DNA of 64,000 nucleotides, taken from assembly GCF_009914755.1 (NCBI RefSeq), contig NC_060938.1; one strand, written 5' to 3'. Shown piece by piece: positions 39,509 through 54,500 of this stretch. This stretch comes from the human T2T-CHM13v2.0 reference genome, Homo sapiens. The position numbers and the translations under genes are program-made. How positions within the stretch are numbered: position 1 is the first letter of the stretch; the number at the start of each line of letters is the position of its first letter. Under the pieces are notes generated by a model. It saw nothing but the letters and a program-made list of their open reading frames with translations. It was not told the origin of the DNA and did no database searches.

Positions 39509-42500
39509 GGGAAGATATTTGCTTTTTCCCCGTAGGCCTCAGGGCGCTCCAAATGTCCACTTGCACATGCTACAAAAAGAGTGCTTCAAAGCTGCTCTCT
39601 GAAAGGGAATGTTCAACTCTATGAGTTGAATGCAAACATCACAAAGACGTTTCTGAGAATGCTTCTGTCTAGATTTGATATGAAGATATTCCCGTTTCCA
39701 ACGAAATCTTCAAATCTATCCAAATGTCCACTTGCAGATTCAACAAAAAGTGTTTTTCAGAACTGCTCTATCAAAAGAAAGATCCACCTCTGTTAGCTGA
39801 GTTCAGACATCACAAACAAGTTTATGAGAATGCTTCTGTCTAGTTTTTATTTGAAGATATTTCCTTTCTCACCATAGACCTGAAAGCTGTCCTAATGTTC
39901 ACTTCCAGTTACTACAGAGTGTTTCAAAACTGCTGTACGAAAGGGAATGTTCAACTCTGTGACTTGAATGCACACATCACAAAGAAGTTTCTGAGGATGC
40001 TGCTGTCTACTTTTTATACTTAATCCCGTTTCCAACGAAATCCTCCAAGCTATCCAAATATCCACTTGCAGATTCCACAGAAAGACTGTTTCAAAACTGC
40101 TCTGTCAATAGAAAGGTTCAACTCTGTTAGCTGCGTGCATATATCCCAAAGAAGATTCTGAGATTGCTTCTGTCTAGTTTTTATGGGAAGATATTTCCCT
40201 TTTCACCGTAGGCGTCAAGGCGCTCCAAATGTCCACTTCCAGATACTACAAAAAGAGTGTTTCAAACCTACTCTGTGAAAGGGAATATTCAACTCTGTGA
40301 CTTGAATGCACATATCACAAGGAAGTTTCTGAGAATGCTTCTGTCGAGATTTTATATGAAGATATTCCCGTTTCCAACGAAATCCTGAAATCTATCCAAA
40401 TATCCCCTCGCAGATTCTACAAAAAGAGTGTTTCAAAACTGCTCTGTAAAAAGAAAGGTTCAACTCTGTTAGTTGAGTACACACATCACAAACAAGTTTC
40501 ACAGAATGCTTCTTTCTAGCTTGTAGGGGAAGATATTCCCTTTATCACCATGGGCCTCAAACCGTCCGATAAGTCCACTTCCATATACTACAAAAAGAGC
40601 GTTTCAAACCTGCTCTATGAAAGGCAATGTTCAACTCTGTGACTTGAATGCAGACATCACAGAGCAGTTTCTGAGAATGCTTCTGTCTAGATTTTATAGG
40701 AAGTTATTCCCGTTTCCAACGAAATCTTCACAGCTATCCAAATATCCACTTGCAGATTCTACAAAAAGAGTGTATCAAAACTGCTCTGTCAAAAGGAAGG
40801 TTCTTCTCTGTTAGGTGAGTGCATACGTCATAAAGGAGTTTCTGAGAATGTTTCTGTCTAGTGGTTATGGGAAGATATTTGCTTTTTCCCCGTAGGCCTC
40901 AGGGCGCTCCAAATGTCCACTTGCACATGCTACAAAAAGAGTGCTTCAAAGCTGCTCTCTGAAAGGGAATGTTCAACTCAATGAGTTGAATGCAAACATC
41001 GCAAAGACGTTTCTGAGAATGCTTCTGTCTAGATTTGATATGAAGATATTCCCGTTTCCAACGAAATCTTCAAATCTATCCAAATGTCCACTTGCAGATT
41101 CAACAAAAAGTGTTTTTCAGAACTGCTCTATCAAAAGAAAGATCCACCTCTGTTAGCTGAGTTCAGACATCACAAACAAGTTTATGAGAATGCTTCTGTC
41201 TAGTTTTTATTTGAAGATATTTCCTTTCTCACCATAGACCTGAAAGCTGTCCTAATGTTCACTTCCAGTTACTACAGAAAGAGTATTTCAAAACTGCTGT
41301 ACGAAAGGGAATGTTCAACTCTGTGACTTGAATGCACACATCACAAAGAAGTTTCTGAGGATGCTGCTGTCTACTTTTTATACTTAATCCCGTTTCCAAC
41401 GAAATCCTCCAAGCTATCCAAATATCCACTTGCAGATTCCACAGAAAGACTGTTTCAAAACTGCTCTGTCAATAGAAAGGTTCAACTCTGTTAGCTGCGT
41501 GCATATATCCCAAAGCAGATTCTGAGATTGCTTCTGTCTAGTTTTTATGGGAAGATATTTCCCTTTTCACCGTAGGCGTCAAGGCGCTCCAAATGTCCAC
41601 TTCCAGATACTACAAAAAGAGTGTTTCAAACCTACTCTGTGAAAGGGAATATTCAACTCTGTGACTTGAATGCACATATCACAAGGAAGTTTCTGAGAAT
41701 GCTTCTGTCGAGATTTTATATGAAGATATTCCCGGTTCCAACGAAATCCTGAAATCTATCCAAATATCCCCTCGCAGATTCTACAAAAAGAGTGTTTCAA
41801 AACTGCTCTTTAAAAAGAAAGGTTCAACTCTGTTAGTTGAGTACACACATCACAAACAAGTTTCACAGAATGCTTCTTTCTAGCTTGTAGGGGAAGATAT
41901 TCCCTTTATCACCATGGGCCTCAAACCGTCCGATAAGTCCACTTCCATATACTACAAAAAGAGCGTTTCAAACCTGCTCTATGAAAGGCAACGTTCAACT
42001 CTGTGACTTGAATGCAGACATCACAGAGCAGTTTCTGAGAATGCTTCTGTCTAGATTTTATAGGAAGATATTCCCGTTTCCAACGAAATCTTCACAGCTA
42101 TCCAAATATCCACTTGCAGATTCTACAAAAAGAGTGTATCAAAACTGCTCTGTCAAAAGGAAGGTTCTTCTCTGTTAGGTGAGTGCATACGTCATAAAGG
42201 AGTTTCTGAGAATGTTTCTGTCTAGTGGTTATGGGAAGATATTTGCTTTTTCCCCGTAGGCCTCAGAGCGCTCCAAATATCCACTTGCACATACTACAAA
42301 AAGAGTGCCTCAAAGCTGCTCTCTGAAACGGAATGTTCAACTCTATGAGTTGAATGCAAACATCGCAAAGACGTTTCTGAGAATGCTTCTGTCTAGATTT
42401 GATATGAAGATATTCCCGTTTCCAACGAAATCTTCAAATCTATCCAAATGTCCACTTGCAGATTCAACAAAAAGTGTTTTTCAGAACTGCTCTATCAAAA

Positions 42501-45500
42501 GAAAGATCCACCTCTGTTAGCTGAGTTCACACATCACAAACAAGTTTATGAGAATGCTTCTGTCTAGTTTTTATTTGAAGATATTTCCTTTCTCACCATA
42601 GAGCTGAAAGCTGTCCTAATGTTCACTTCCAGATACTACAGAAAGAGTGTTTCAAAACTGCTGTACGAAAGGGAATGTTCAACTCTGTGACTTGAATGCA
42701 CACATCACAAAGAAGTTTCTGAGGATGCTGCTGTCTACTTTTTATACGTAATCCCGTTTCCAACGAAATCCTCCAAGCTATCCAAATATCCACTTGCAGA
42801 TTCCACAGAAAGACTGTTTCAAAACTGCTCTGTCAATAGAAAGGTTCAACTCTGTTAGCTGCGTGCATATATCCCAAAGAAGATTCTGAGATTGCTTCTG
42901 TCTAGTTTTTATGGGAAGATATTTCCCTTTTCACCGTAGGCGTCAAGGCGCTCCAAATGTCCACTTCCAGATACTACAAAAAGAGTGTTTCAAACCTACT
43001 CTGTGAAAGGGAATATTCAACTCTGTGACTTGAATGCACATATCACAAAGAAGTTTCTGAGAATGCTTCTGTCGAGATTTTATATGAAGATATTCCCGTT
43101 TCCAACGAAATGCTGAAATCTATCCAAATATCCCCTCGCAGATTCTACAAAAAGAGTGTTTCAAAACTGCTCTGTGAAAAGAAAGGTTCAACTCTGTTAG
43201 TTGAGTACACACATCACAAACAAGTTTCACAGAATGCTTCTTTCTAGCTTGTAGGGGAAGATATTCCCTTTATCACCATGGGCCTCAAACCGTCCGAAAA
43301 GTCCACTTCCATATACTACAAAAAGAGCGTTTCAAACCTGCTCTATGAAAGGCAATGTTCAACTCTGTGACTTGAATGCAGACATCACAGAGCAGTTTCT
43401 GAGAATGCTTCTGTCTAGATTTTATAGGAAGATATTCCCGTTTCCAACGAAATCTTCACAGCTATCCAAATATCCACTTGCAGATTCTACAAAAAGAGTG
43501 TATCAAAACTGCTCTGTCAAAAGGAAGGTTCTTCTCTGTTAGGTGAGTGCATACGTCATAAAGGAGTTTCTGAGAATGTTTCTGTCTAGTGGTTATGGGA
43601 AGATATTTGCTTTTTCCCCGTAGGCCTCAGGGCGCTCCAAATGTCCACTTGCACATGCTACAAAAAGAGTGCTTCAAAGCTGCTCTCTGAAAGGGAATGT
43701 TCAACTCTATGAGTTGAATGCAAACATCGCAAAGACGTTTCTGAGAATGCTTCTGTCTAGATTTGATATGAAGATATTCCCGTTTCCAACGAAATCTTCA
43801 AATCTATCCAAATGTCCACTTGCAGATTCAACAAAAAGTGTTTTTCAGAACTGCTCTATCAAAAGAAAGATCCACCTCTGTTAGCTGAGTTCAGACATCA
43901 CAAACAAGTTTATGAGAATGCTTCTGTCTAGTTTTTATTTGAAGATATTTCCTTTCTCACCATAGACCTGAAAGCTGTCCTAATGTTCACTTCCAGTTAC
44001 TACAGAAAGAGTATTTCAAAACTGCTGTACGAAAGGGAATGTTCAACTCTGTGACTTGAATGCACACATCACAAAGAAGTTTCTGAGGATGCTGCTGTCT
44101 ACTTTTTATACTTAATCCCGTTTCCAACGAAATCCTCCAAGCTATCCAAATATCCACTTGCAGATTCCACAGAAAGACTGTTTCAAAACTGCTCTGTCAA
44201 TAGAAAGGTTCAACTCTGTTAGCTGCGTGCATATATCCCAAAGCAGATTCTGAGATTGCTTCTGTCTAGTTTTTATGGGAAGATATTTCCCTTTTCACCG
44301 TAGGCGTCAAGGCGCTCCAAATGTCCACTTCCAGATACTACAAAAAGAGTGTTTCAAACCTACTCTGTGAAAGGGAATATTCAACTCTGTGACTTGAATG
44401 CACATATCACAAGGAAGTTTCTGAGAATGCTTCTGTCGAGATTTTATATGAAGATATTCCCGTTTCCAACGAAATCCTGAAATCTATCCAAATATCCCCT
44501 CGCAGATTCTACAAAAAGAGTGTTTCAAAACTGCTCTTTAAAAAGAAAGGTTCAACTCTGTTAGTTGAGTACACACATCACAAACAAGTTTCACAGAATG
44601 CTTCTTTCTAGCTTGTAGGGGAAGATATTCCCTTTATCACCATGGGCCTCAAACCGTCCGATAAGTCCACTTCCATATACTACAAAAAGAGCGTTTCAAA
44701 CCTGCTCTATGAAAGGCAACGTTCAACTCTGTGACTTGAATGCAGACATCACAGAGCAGTTTCTGAGAATGCTTCTGTCTAGATTTTATAGGAAGATATT
44801 CCCGTTTCCAACGAAATCTTCACAGCTATCCAAATATCCACTTGCAGATTCTACAAAAAGAGTGTATCAAAACTGCTCTGTCAAAAGGAAGGTTCTTCTC
44901 TGTTAGGTGAGTGCATACGTCATAAAGGAGTTTCTGAGAATGTTTCTGTCTAGTGGTTATGGGAAGATATTTGCTTTTTCCCCGTAGGCCTCAGGGCGCT
45001 CCAAATGTCCACTTGCACATGCTACAAAAAGAGTGCTTCAAAGCTGCTCTCTGAAAGGGAATGTTCAACTCTATGAGTTGAATGCAAACATCACAAAGAC
45101 GTTTCTGAGAATGCTTCTGTCTAGATTTGATATGAAGATATTCCCGTTTCCAACGAAATCTTCAAATCTATCCAAATGTCCACTTGCAGATTCAACAAAA
45201 AGTGTTTTTCAGAACTGCTCTATCAAAAGAAAGATCCACCTCTGTTAGCTGAGTTCAGACATCACAAACAAGTTTATGAGAATGCTTCTGTCTAGTTTTT
45301 ATTTGAAGATATTTCCTTTCTCACCATAGACCTGAAAGCTGTCCTAATGTTCACTTCCAGTTACTACAGAAAGAGTGTTTCAAAACTGCTGTACGAAAGG
45401 GAATGTTCAACTCTGTGACTTGAATGCACACATCACAAAGAAGTTTCTGAGGATGCTGCTGTCTACTTTTTATACTTAATCCCGTTTCCAACGAAATCCT

Positions 45501-48500
45501 CCAAGCTATCCAAATATCCACTTGCAGATTCCACAGAAAGACTGTTTCAAAACTGCTCTGTCAATAGAAAGGTTCAACTCTGTTAGCTGCGTGCATATAT
45601 CCCAAAGAAGATTCTGAGATTGCTTCTGTCTAGTTTTTATGGGAAGATATTTCCCTTTTCACCGTAGGCGTCAAGGCGCTCCAAATGTCCACTTCCAGAT
45701 ACTACAAAAAGAGTGTTTCAAACCTACTCTGTGAAAGGGAATATTCAACTCTGTGACTTGAATGCACATATCACAAGGAAGTTTCTGAGAATGCTTCTGT
45801 CGAGATTTTATATGAAGATATTCCCGTTTCCAACGAAATCCTGAAATCTATCCAAATATCCCCTCGCAGATTCTACAAAAAGAGTGTTTCAAAACTGCTC
45901 TGTAAAAAGAAAGGTTCAACTCTGTTAGTTGAGTACACACATCACAAACAAGTTTCACAGAATGCTTCTTTCTAGCTTGTAGGGGAAGATATTCCCTTTA
46001 TCACCATGGGCCTCAAACCGTCCGATAAGTCCACTTCCATATACTACAAAAAGAGCGTTTCAAACCTGCTCTATGAAAGGCAATGTTCAACTCTGTGACT
46101 TGAATGCAGACATCACAGAGCAGTTTCTGAGAATGCTTCTGTCTAGATTTTATAGGAAGATATTCCCGTTTCCAACGAAATCTTCACAGCTATCCAAATA
46201 TCCACTTGCAGATTCTACAAAAAGAGTGTATCAAAACTGCTCTGTCAAAAGGAAGGTTCTTCTCTGTTAGGTGAGTGCATACATCATAAAGGAGTTTCTG
46301 AGAATGTTTCTGTCTAGTGGTTATGGGAAGATATTTGCTTTTTCCCCGTAGGCCTCAGGGCGCTCCAAATGTCCACTTGCACATGCTACAAAAAGAGTGC
46401 TTCAAAGCTGCTCTCTGAAAGGGAATGTTCAACTCTATGAGTTGAATGCAAACATCGCAAAGACGTTTCTGAGAATGCTTCTGTCTAGATTTGATATGAA
46501 GATATTCCCGTTTCCAACGAAATCTTCAAATCTATCCAAATGTCCACTTGCAGATTCAACAAAAAGTGTTTTTCAGAACTGCTCTATCAAAAGAAAGATC
46601 CACCTCTGTTAGCTGAGTTCAGACATCACAAACAAGTTTATGAGAATGCTTCTGTCTAGTTTTTATTTGAAGATATTTCCTTTCTCACCATAGACCTGAA
46701 AGCTGTCCTAATGTTCACTTCCAGTTACTACAGAAAGAGTATTTCAAAACTGCTGTACGAAAGGGAATGTTCAACTCTGTGACTTGAATGCACACATCAC
46801 AAAGAAGTTTCTGAGGATGCTGCTGTCTACTTTTTATACTTAATCCCGTTTCCAACGAAATCCTCCAAGCTATCCAAATATCCACTTGCAGATTCCACAG
46901 AAAGACTGTTTCAAAACTGCTCTGTCAATAGAAAGGTTCAACTCTGTTAGCTGCGTGCATATATCCCAAAGCAGATTCTGAGATTGCTTCTGTCTAGTTT
47001 TTATGGGAAGATATTTCCCTTTTCACCGTAGGCGTCAAGGCGCTCCAAATGTCCACTTCCAGATACTACAAAAAGAGTGTTTCAAACCTACTCTGTGAAA
47101 GGGAATATTCAACTCTGTGACTTGAATGCACATATCACAAGGAAGTTTCTGAGAATGCTTCTGTCGAGATTTTATATGAAGATATTCCCGTTTCCAACGA
47201 AATCCTGAAATCTATCCAAATATCCCCTCGCAGATTCTACAAAAAGAGTGTTTCAAAACTGCTCTTTAAAAAGAAAGGTTCAACTCTGTTAGTTGAGTAC
47301 ACACATCACAAACAAGTTTCACAGAATGCTTCTTTCTAGCTTGTAGGGGAAGATATTCCCTTTATCACCATGGGCCTCAAACCGTCCGATAAGTCCACTT
47401 CCATATACTACAAAAAGAGCGTTTCAAACCTGCTCTATGAAAGGCAACGTTCAACTCTGTGACTTGAATGCAGACATCACAGAGCAGTTTCTGAGAATGC
47501 TTCTGTCTAGATTTTATAGGAAGATATTCCCGTTTCCAACGAAATCTTCACAGCTATCCAAATATCCACTTGCAGATTCTACAAAAAGAGTGTATCAAAA
47601 CTGCTCTGTCAAAAGGAAGGTTCTTCTCTGTTAGGTGAGTGCATACGTCATAAAGGAGTTTCTGAGAATGTTTCTGTCTAGTGGTTATGGGAAGATATTT
47701 GCTTTTTCCCCGTAGGCCTCAGGGCGCTCCAAATGTCCACTTGCACATGCTACAAAAAGAGTGCTTCAAAGCTGCTCTCTGAAAGGGAATGTTCAACTCT
47801 ATGAGTTGAATGCAAACATCACAAAGACGTTTCTGAGAATGCTTCTGTCTAGATTTGATATGAAGATATTCCCGTTTCCAACGAAATCTTCAAATCTATC
47901 CAAATGTCCACTTGCAGATTCAACAAAAAGTGTTTTTCAGAACTGCTCTATCAAAAGAAAGATCCACCTCTGTTAGCTGAGTTCAGACATCACAAACAAG
48001 TTTATGAGAATGCTTCTGTCTAGTTTTTATTTGAAGATATTTCCTTTCTCACCATAGACCTGAAAGCTGTCCTAATGTTCACTTCCAGTTACTACAGAGT
48101 GTTTCAAAACTGCTGTACGAAAGGGAATGTTCAACTCTGTGACTTGAATGCACACATCACAAAGAAGTTTCTGAGGATGCTGCTGTCTACTTTTTATACT
48201 TAATCCCGTTTCCAACGAAATCCTCCAAGCTATCCAAATATCCACTTGCAGATTCCACAGAAAGACTGTTTCAAAACTGCTCTGTCAATAGAAAGGTTCA
48301 ACTCTGTTAGCTGCGTGCATATATCCCAAAGAAGATTCTGAGATTGCTTCTGTCTAGTTTTTATGGGAAGATATTTCCCTTTTCACCGTAGGCGTCAAGG
48401 CGCTCCAAATGTCCACTTCCAGATACTACAAAAAGAGTGTTTCAAACCTACTCTGTGAAAGGGAATATTCAACTCTGTGACTTGAATGCACATATCACAA

Positions 48501-51500
48501 GGAAGTTTCTGAGAATGCTTCTGTCGAGATTTTATATGAAGATATTCCCGTTTCCAACGAAATCCTGAAATCTATCCAAATATCCCCTCGCAGATTCTAC
48601 AAAAAGAGTGTTTCAAAACTGCTCTGTAAAAAGAAAGGTTCAACTCTGTTAGTTGAGTACACACATCACAAACAAGTTTCACAGAATGCTTCTTTCTAGC
48701 TTGTAGGGGAAGATATTCCCTTTATCACCATGGGCCTCAAACCGTCCGATAAGTCCACTTCCATATACTACAAAAAGAGCGTTTCAAACCTGCTCTATGA
48801 AAGGCAATGTTCAACTCTGTGACTTGAATGCAGACATCACAGAGCAGTTTCTGAGAATGCTTCTGTCTAGATTTTATAGGAAGATATTCCCGTTTCCAAC
48901 GAAATCTTCACAGCTATCCAAATATCCACTTGCAGATTCTACAAAAAGAGTGTATCAAAACTGCTCTGTCAAAAGGAAGGTTCTTCTCTGTTAGGTGAGT
49001 GCATACGTCATAAAGGAGTTTCTGAGAATGTTTCTGTCTAGTGGTTATGGGAAGATATTTGCTTTTTCCCCGTAGGCCTCAGGGCGCTCCAAATGTCCAC
49101 TTGCACATGCTACAAAAAGAGTGCTTCAAAGCTGCTCTCTGAAAGGGAATGTTCAACTCTATGAGTTGAATGCAAACATCGCAAAGACGTTTCTGAGAAT
49201 GCTTCTGTCTAGATTTGATATGAAGATATTCCCGTTTCCAACGAAATCTTCAAATCTATCCAAATGTCCACTTGCAGATTCAACAAAAAGTGTTTTTCAG
49301 AACTGCTCTATCAAAAGAAAGATCCACCTCTGTTAGCTGAGTTCAGACATCACAAACAAGTTTATGAGAATGCTTCTGTCTAGTTTTTATTTGAAGATAT
49401 TTCCTTTCTCACCATAGACCTGAAAGCTGTCCTAATGTTCACTTCCAGTTACTACAGAAAGAGTATTTCAAAACTGCTGTACGAAAGGGAATGTTCAACT
49501 CTGTGACTTGAATGCACACATCACAAAGAAGTTTCTGAGGATGCTGCTGTCTACTTTTTATACTTAATCCCGTTTCCAACGAAATCCTCCAAGCTATCCA
49601 AATATCCACTTGCAGATTCCACAGAAAGACTGTTTCAAAACTGCTCTGTCAATAGAAAGGTTCAACTCTGTTAGCTGCGTGCATATATCCCAAAGCAGAT
49701 TCTGAGATTGCTTCTGTCTAGTTTTTATGGGAAGATATTTCCCTTTTCACCGTAGGCGTCAAGGCGCTCCAAATGTCCACTTCCAGATACTACAAAAAGA
49801 GTGTTTCAAACCTACTCTGTGAAAGGGAATATTCAACTCTGTGACTTGAATGCACATATCACAAGGAAGTTTCTGAGAATGCTTCTGTCGAGATTTTATA
49901 TGAAGATATTCCCGTTTCCAACGAAATCCTGAAATCTATCCAAATATCCCCTCGCAGATTCTACAAAAAGAGTGTTTCAAAACTGCTCTTTAAAAAGAAA
50001 GGTTCAACTCTGTTAGTTGAGTACACACATCACAAACAAGTTTCACAGAATGCTTCTTTCTAGCTTGTAGGGGAAGATATTCCCTTTATCACCATGGGCC
50101 TCAAACCGTCCGATAAGTCCACTTCCATATACTACAAAAAGAGCGTTTCAAACCTGCTCTATGAAAGGCAACGTTCAACTCTGTGACTTGAATGCAGACA
50201 TCACAGAGCAGTTTCTGAGAATGCTTCTGTCTAGATTTTATAGGAAGATATTCCCGTTTCCAACGAAATCTTCACAGCTATCCAAATATCCACTTGCAGA
50301 TTCTACAAAAAGAGTGTATCAAAACTGCTCTGTCAAAAGGAAGGTTCTTCTCTGTTAGGTGAGTGCATACGTCATAAAGGAGTTTCTGAGAATGTTTCTG
50401 TCTAGTGGTTATGGGAAGATATTTGCTTTTTCCCCGTAGGCCTCAGGGCGCTCCAAATGTCCACTTGCACATGCTACAAAAAGAGTGCTTCAAAGCTGCT
50501 CTCTGAAAGGGAATGTTCAACTCTATGAGTTGAATGCAAACATCGCAAAGACGTTTCTGAGAATGCTTCTGTCTAGATTTGATATGAAGATATTCCCGTT
50601 TCCAACGAAATCTTCAAATCTATCCAAATGTCCACTTGCAGATTCAACAAAAAGTGTTTTTCAGAACTGCTCTATCAAAAGAAAGATCCACCTCTGTTAG
50701 CTGAGTTCAGACATCACAAACAAGTTTATGAGAATGCTTCTGTCTAGTTTTTATTTGAAGATATTTCCTTTCTCACCATAGACCTGAAAGCTGTCCTAAT
50801 GTTCACTTCCAGTTACTACAGAAAGAGTATTTCAAAACTGCTGTACGAAAGGGAATGTTCAACTCTGTGACTTGAATGCACACATCACAAAGAAGTTTCT
50901 GAGGATGCTGCTGTCTACTTTTTATACTTAATCCCGTTTCCAACGAAATCCTCCAAGCTATCCAAATATCCACTTGCAGATTCCACAGAAAGACTGTTTC
51001 AAAACTGCTCTGTCAATAGAAAGGTTCAACTCTGTTAGCTGCGTGCATATATCCCAAAGCAGATTCTGAGATTGCCTCTGTCTAGTTTTTATGGGAAGAT
51101 ATTTCCCTTTTCACCGTAGGCGTCAAGGCGCTCCAAATGTCCACTTCCAGATACTACAAAAAGAGTGTTTCAAACCTACTCTGTGAAAGGGAATATTCAA
51201 CTCTGTGACTTGAATGCACATATCACAAGGAAGTTTCTGAGAATGCTTCTGTCGAGATTTTATATGAAGATATTCCCGTTTCCAACGAAATCCTGAAATC
51301 TATCCAAATATCCCCTCGCAGATTCTACAAAAAGAGTGTTTCAAAACTGCTCTTTAAAAAGAAAGGTTCAACTCTGTTAGTTGAGTACACACATCACAAA
51401 CAAGTTTCACAGAATGCTTCTTTCTAGCTTGTAGGGGAAGATATTCCCTTTATCACCATGGGCCTCAAACCGTCCGATAAGTCCACTTCCATATACTACA

Positions 51501-54500
51501 AAAAGAGCGTTTCAAACCTGCTCTATGAAAGGCAACGTTCAACTCTGTGACTTGAATGCAGACATCACAGAGCAGTTTCTGAGAATGCTTCTGTCTAGAT
51601 TTTATAGGAAGATATTCCCGTTTCCAACGAAATCTTCACAGCTATCCAAATATCCACTTGCAGATTCTACAAAAAGAGTGTATCAAAACTGCTCTGTCAA
51701 AAGGAAGGTTCTTCTCTGTTAGGTGAGTGCATACGTCATAAAGGAGTTTCTGAGAATGTTTCTGTCTAGTGGTTATGGGAAGATATTTGCTTTTTCCCCG
51801 TAGGCCTCAGGGCGCTCCAAATGTCCACTTGCACATGCTACAAAAAGAGTGCTTCAAAGCTGCTCTCTGAAAGGGAATGTTCAACTCTATGAGTTGAATG
51901 CAAACATCACAAAGACGTTTCTGAGAATGCTTCTGTCTAGATTTGATATGAAGATATTCCCGTTTCCAACGAAATCTTCAAATCTATCCAAATGTCCACT
52001 TGCAGATTCAACAAAAAGTGTTTTTCAGAACTGCTCTATCAAAAGAAAGATCCACCTCTGTTAGCTGAGTTCACACATCACAAACAAGTTTATGAGAATG
52101 CTTCTGTCTAGTTTTTATTTGAAGATATTTCCTTTCTCACCATAGACCTGAAAGCTGTCCTAATGTTCACTTCCAGTTACTACAGAGTGTTTCAAAACTG
52201 CTGTACGAAAGGGAATGTTCAACTCTGTGACTTGAATGCACACATCACAAAGAAGTTTCTGAGGATGCTGCTGTCTACTTTTTATACTTAATCCCGTTTC
52301 CAACGAAATCCTCCAAGCTATCCAAATATCCACTTGCAGATTCCACAGAAAGACTGTTTCAAAACTGCTCTGTCAATAGAAAGGTTCAACTCTGTTAGCT
52401 GCGTGCATATATCCCAAAGCAGATTCTGAGATTGCTTCTGTCTAGTTTTTATGGGAAGATATTTCCCTTTTCACCGTAGGCGTCAAGGCGCTCCAAATGT
52501 CCACTTCCAGATACTACAAAAAGAGTGTTTCAAACCTACTCTGTGAAAGGGAATATTCAACTCTGTGACTTGAATGCACATATCACAAGGAAGTTTCTGA
52601 GAATGCTTCTGTCGAGATTTTATATGAAGATATTCCCGTTTCCAACGAAATCCTGAAATCTATCCAAATATCCCCTCGCAGATTCTACAAAAAGAGTGTT
52701 TCAAAACTGCTCTTTAAAAAGAAAGGTTCAACTCTGTTAGTTGAGTACACACATCACAAACAAGTTTCACAGAATGCTTCTTTCTAGCTTGTAGGGGAAG
52801 ATATTCCCTTTATCACCATGGGCCTCAAACCGTCCGATAAGTCCACTTCCATATACTACAAAAAGAGCGTTTCAAACCTGCTCTATGAAAGGCAACGTTC
52901 AACTCTGTGACTTGAATGCAGACATCACAGAGCAGTTTCTGAGAATGCTTCTGTCTAGATTTTATAGGAAGATATTCCCGTTTCCAACGAAATCTTCACA
53001 GCTATCCAAATATCCACTTGCAGATTCTACAAAAAGAGTGTATCAAAACTGCTCTGTCAAAAGGAAGGTTCTTCTCTGTTAGGTGAGTGCATACGTCATA
53101 AAGGAGTTTCTGAGAATGTTTCTGTCTAGTGGTTATGGGAAGATATTTGCTTTTTCCCCGTAGGCCTCAGGGCGCTCCAAATGTCCACTTGCACATGCTA
53201 CAAAAAGAGTGCTTCAAAGCTGCTCTCTGAAAGGGAATGTTCAACTCTATGAGTTGAATGCAAACATCACAAAGACGTTTCTGAGAATGCTTCTGTCTAG
53301 ATTTGATATGAAGATATTCCCGTTTCCAACGAAATCTTCAAATCTATCCAAATGTCCACTTGCAGATTCAACAAAAAGTGTTTTTCAGAACTGCTCTATC
53401 AAAAGAAAGATCCACCTCTGTTAGCTGAGTTCAGACATCACAAACAAGTTTATGAGAATGCTTCTGTCTAGTTTTTATTTGAAGATATTTCCTTTCTCAC
53501 CATAGACCTGAAAGCTGTCCTAATGTTCACTTCCAGTTACTACAGAAAGAGTATTTCAAAACTGCTGTACGAAAGGGAATGTTCAACTCTGTGACTTGAA
53601 TGCACACATCACAAAGAAGTTTCTGAGGATGCTGCTGTCTACTTTTTATACTTAATCCCGTTTCCAACGAAATCCTCCAAGCTATCCAAATATCCACTTG
53701 CAGATTCCACAGAAAGACTGTTTCAAAACTGCTCTGTCAATAGAAAGGTTCAACTCTGTTAGCTGCGTGCATATATCCCAAAGCAGATTCTGAGATTGCT
53801 TCTGTCTAGTTTTTATGGGAAGATATTTCCCTTTTCACCGTAGGCGTCAAGGCGCTCCAAATGTCCACTTCCAGATACTACAAAAAGAGTGTTTCAAACC
53901 TACTCTGTGAAAGGGAATATTCAACTCTGTGACTTGAATGCACATATCACAAGGAAGTTTCTGAGAATGCTTCTGTCGAGATTTTATATGAAGATATTCC
54001 CGTTTCCAACGAAATCCTGAAATCTATCCAAATATCCCCTCGCAGATTCTACAAAAAGAGTGTTTCAAAACTGCTCTTTAAAAAGAAAGGTTCAACTCTG
54101 TTAGTTGAGTACACACATCACAAACAAGTTTCACAGAATGCTTCTTTCTAGCTTGTAGGGGAAGATATTCCCTTTATCACCATGGGCCTCAAACCGTCCG
54201 ATAAGTCCACTTCCATATACTACAAAAAGAGCGTTTCAAACCTGCTCTATGAAAGGCAACGTTCAACTCTGTGACTTGAATGCAGACATCACAGAGCAGT
54301 TTCTGAGAATGCTTCTGTCTAGATTTTATAGGAAGATATTCCCGTTTCCAACGAAATCTTCACAGCTATCCAAATATCCACTTGCAGATTCTACAAAAAG
54401 AGTGTATCAAAACTGCTCTGTCAAAAGGAAGGTTCTTCTCTGTTAGGTGAGTGCATACGTCATAAAGGAGTTTCTGAGAATGTTTCTGTCTAGTGGTTAT

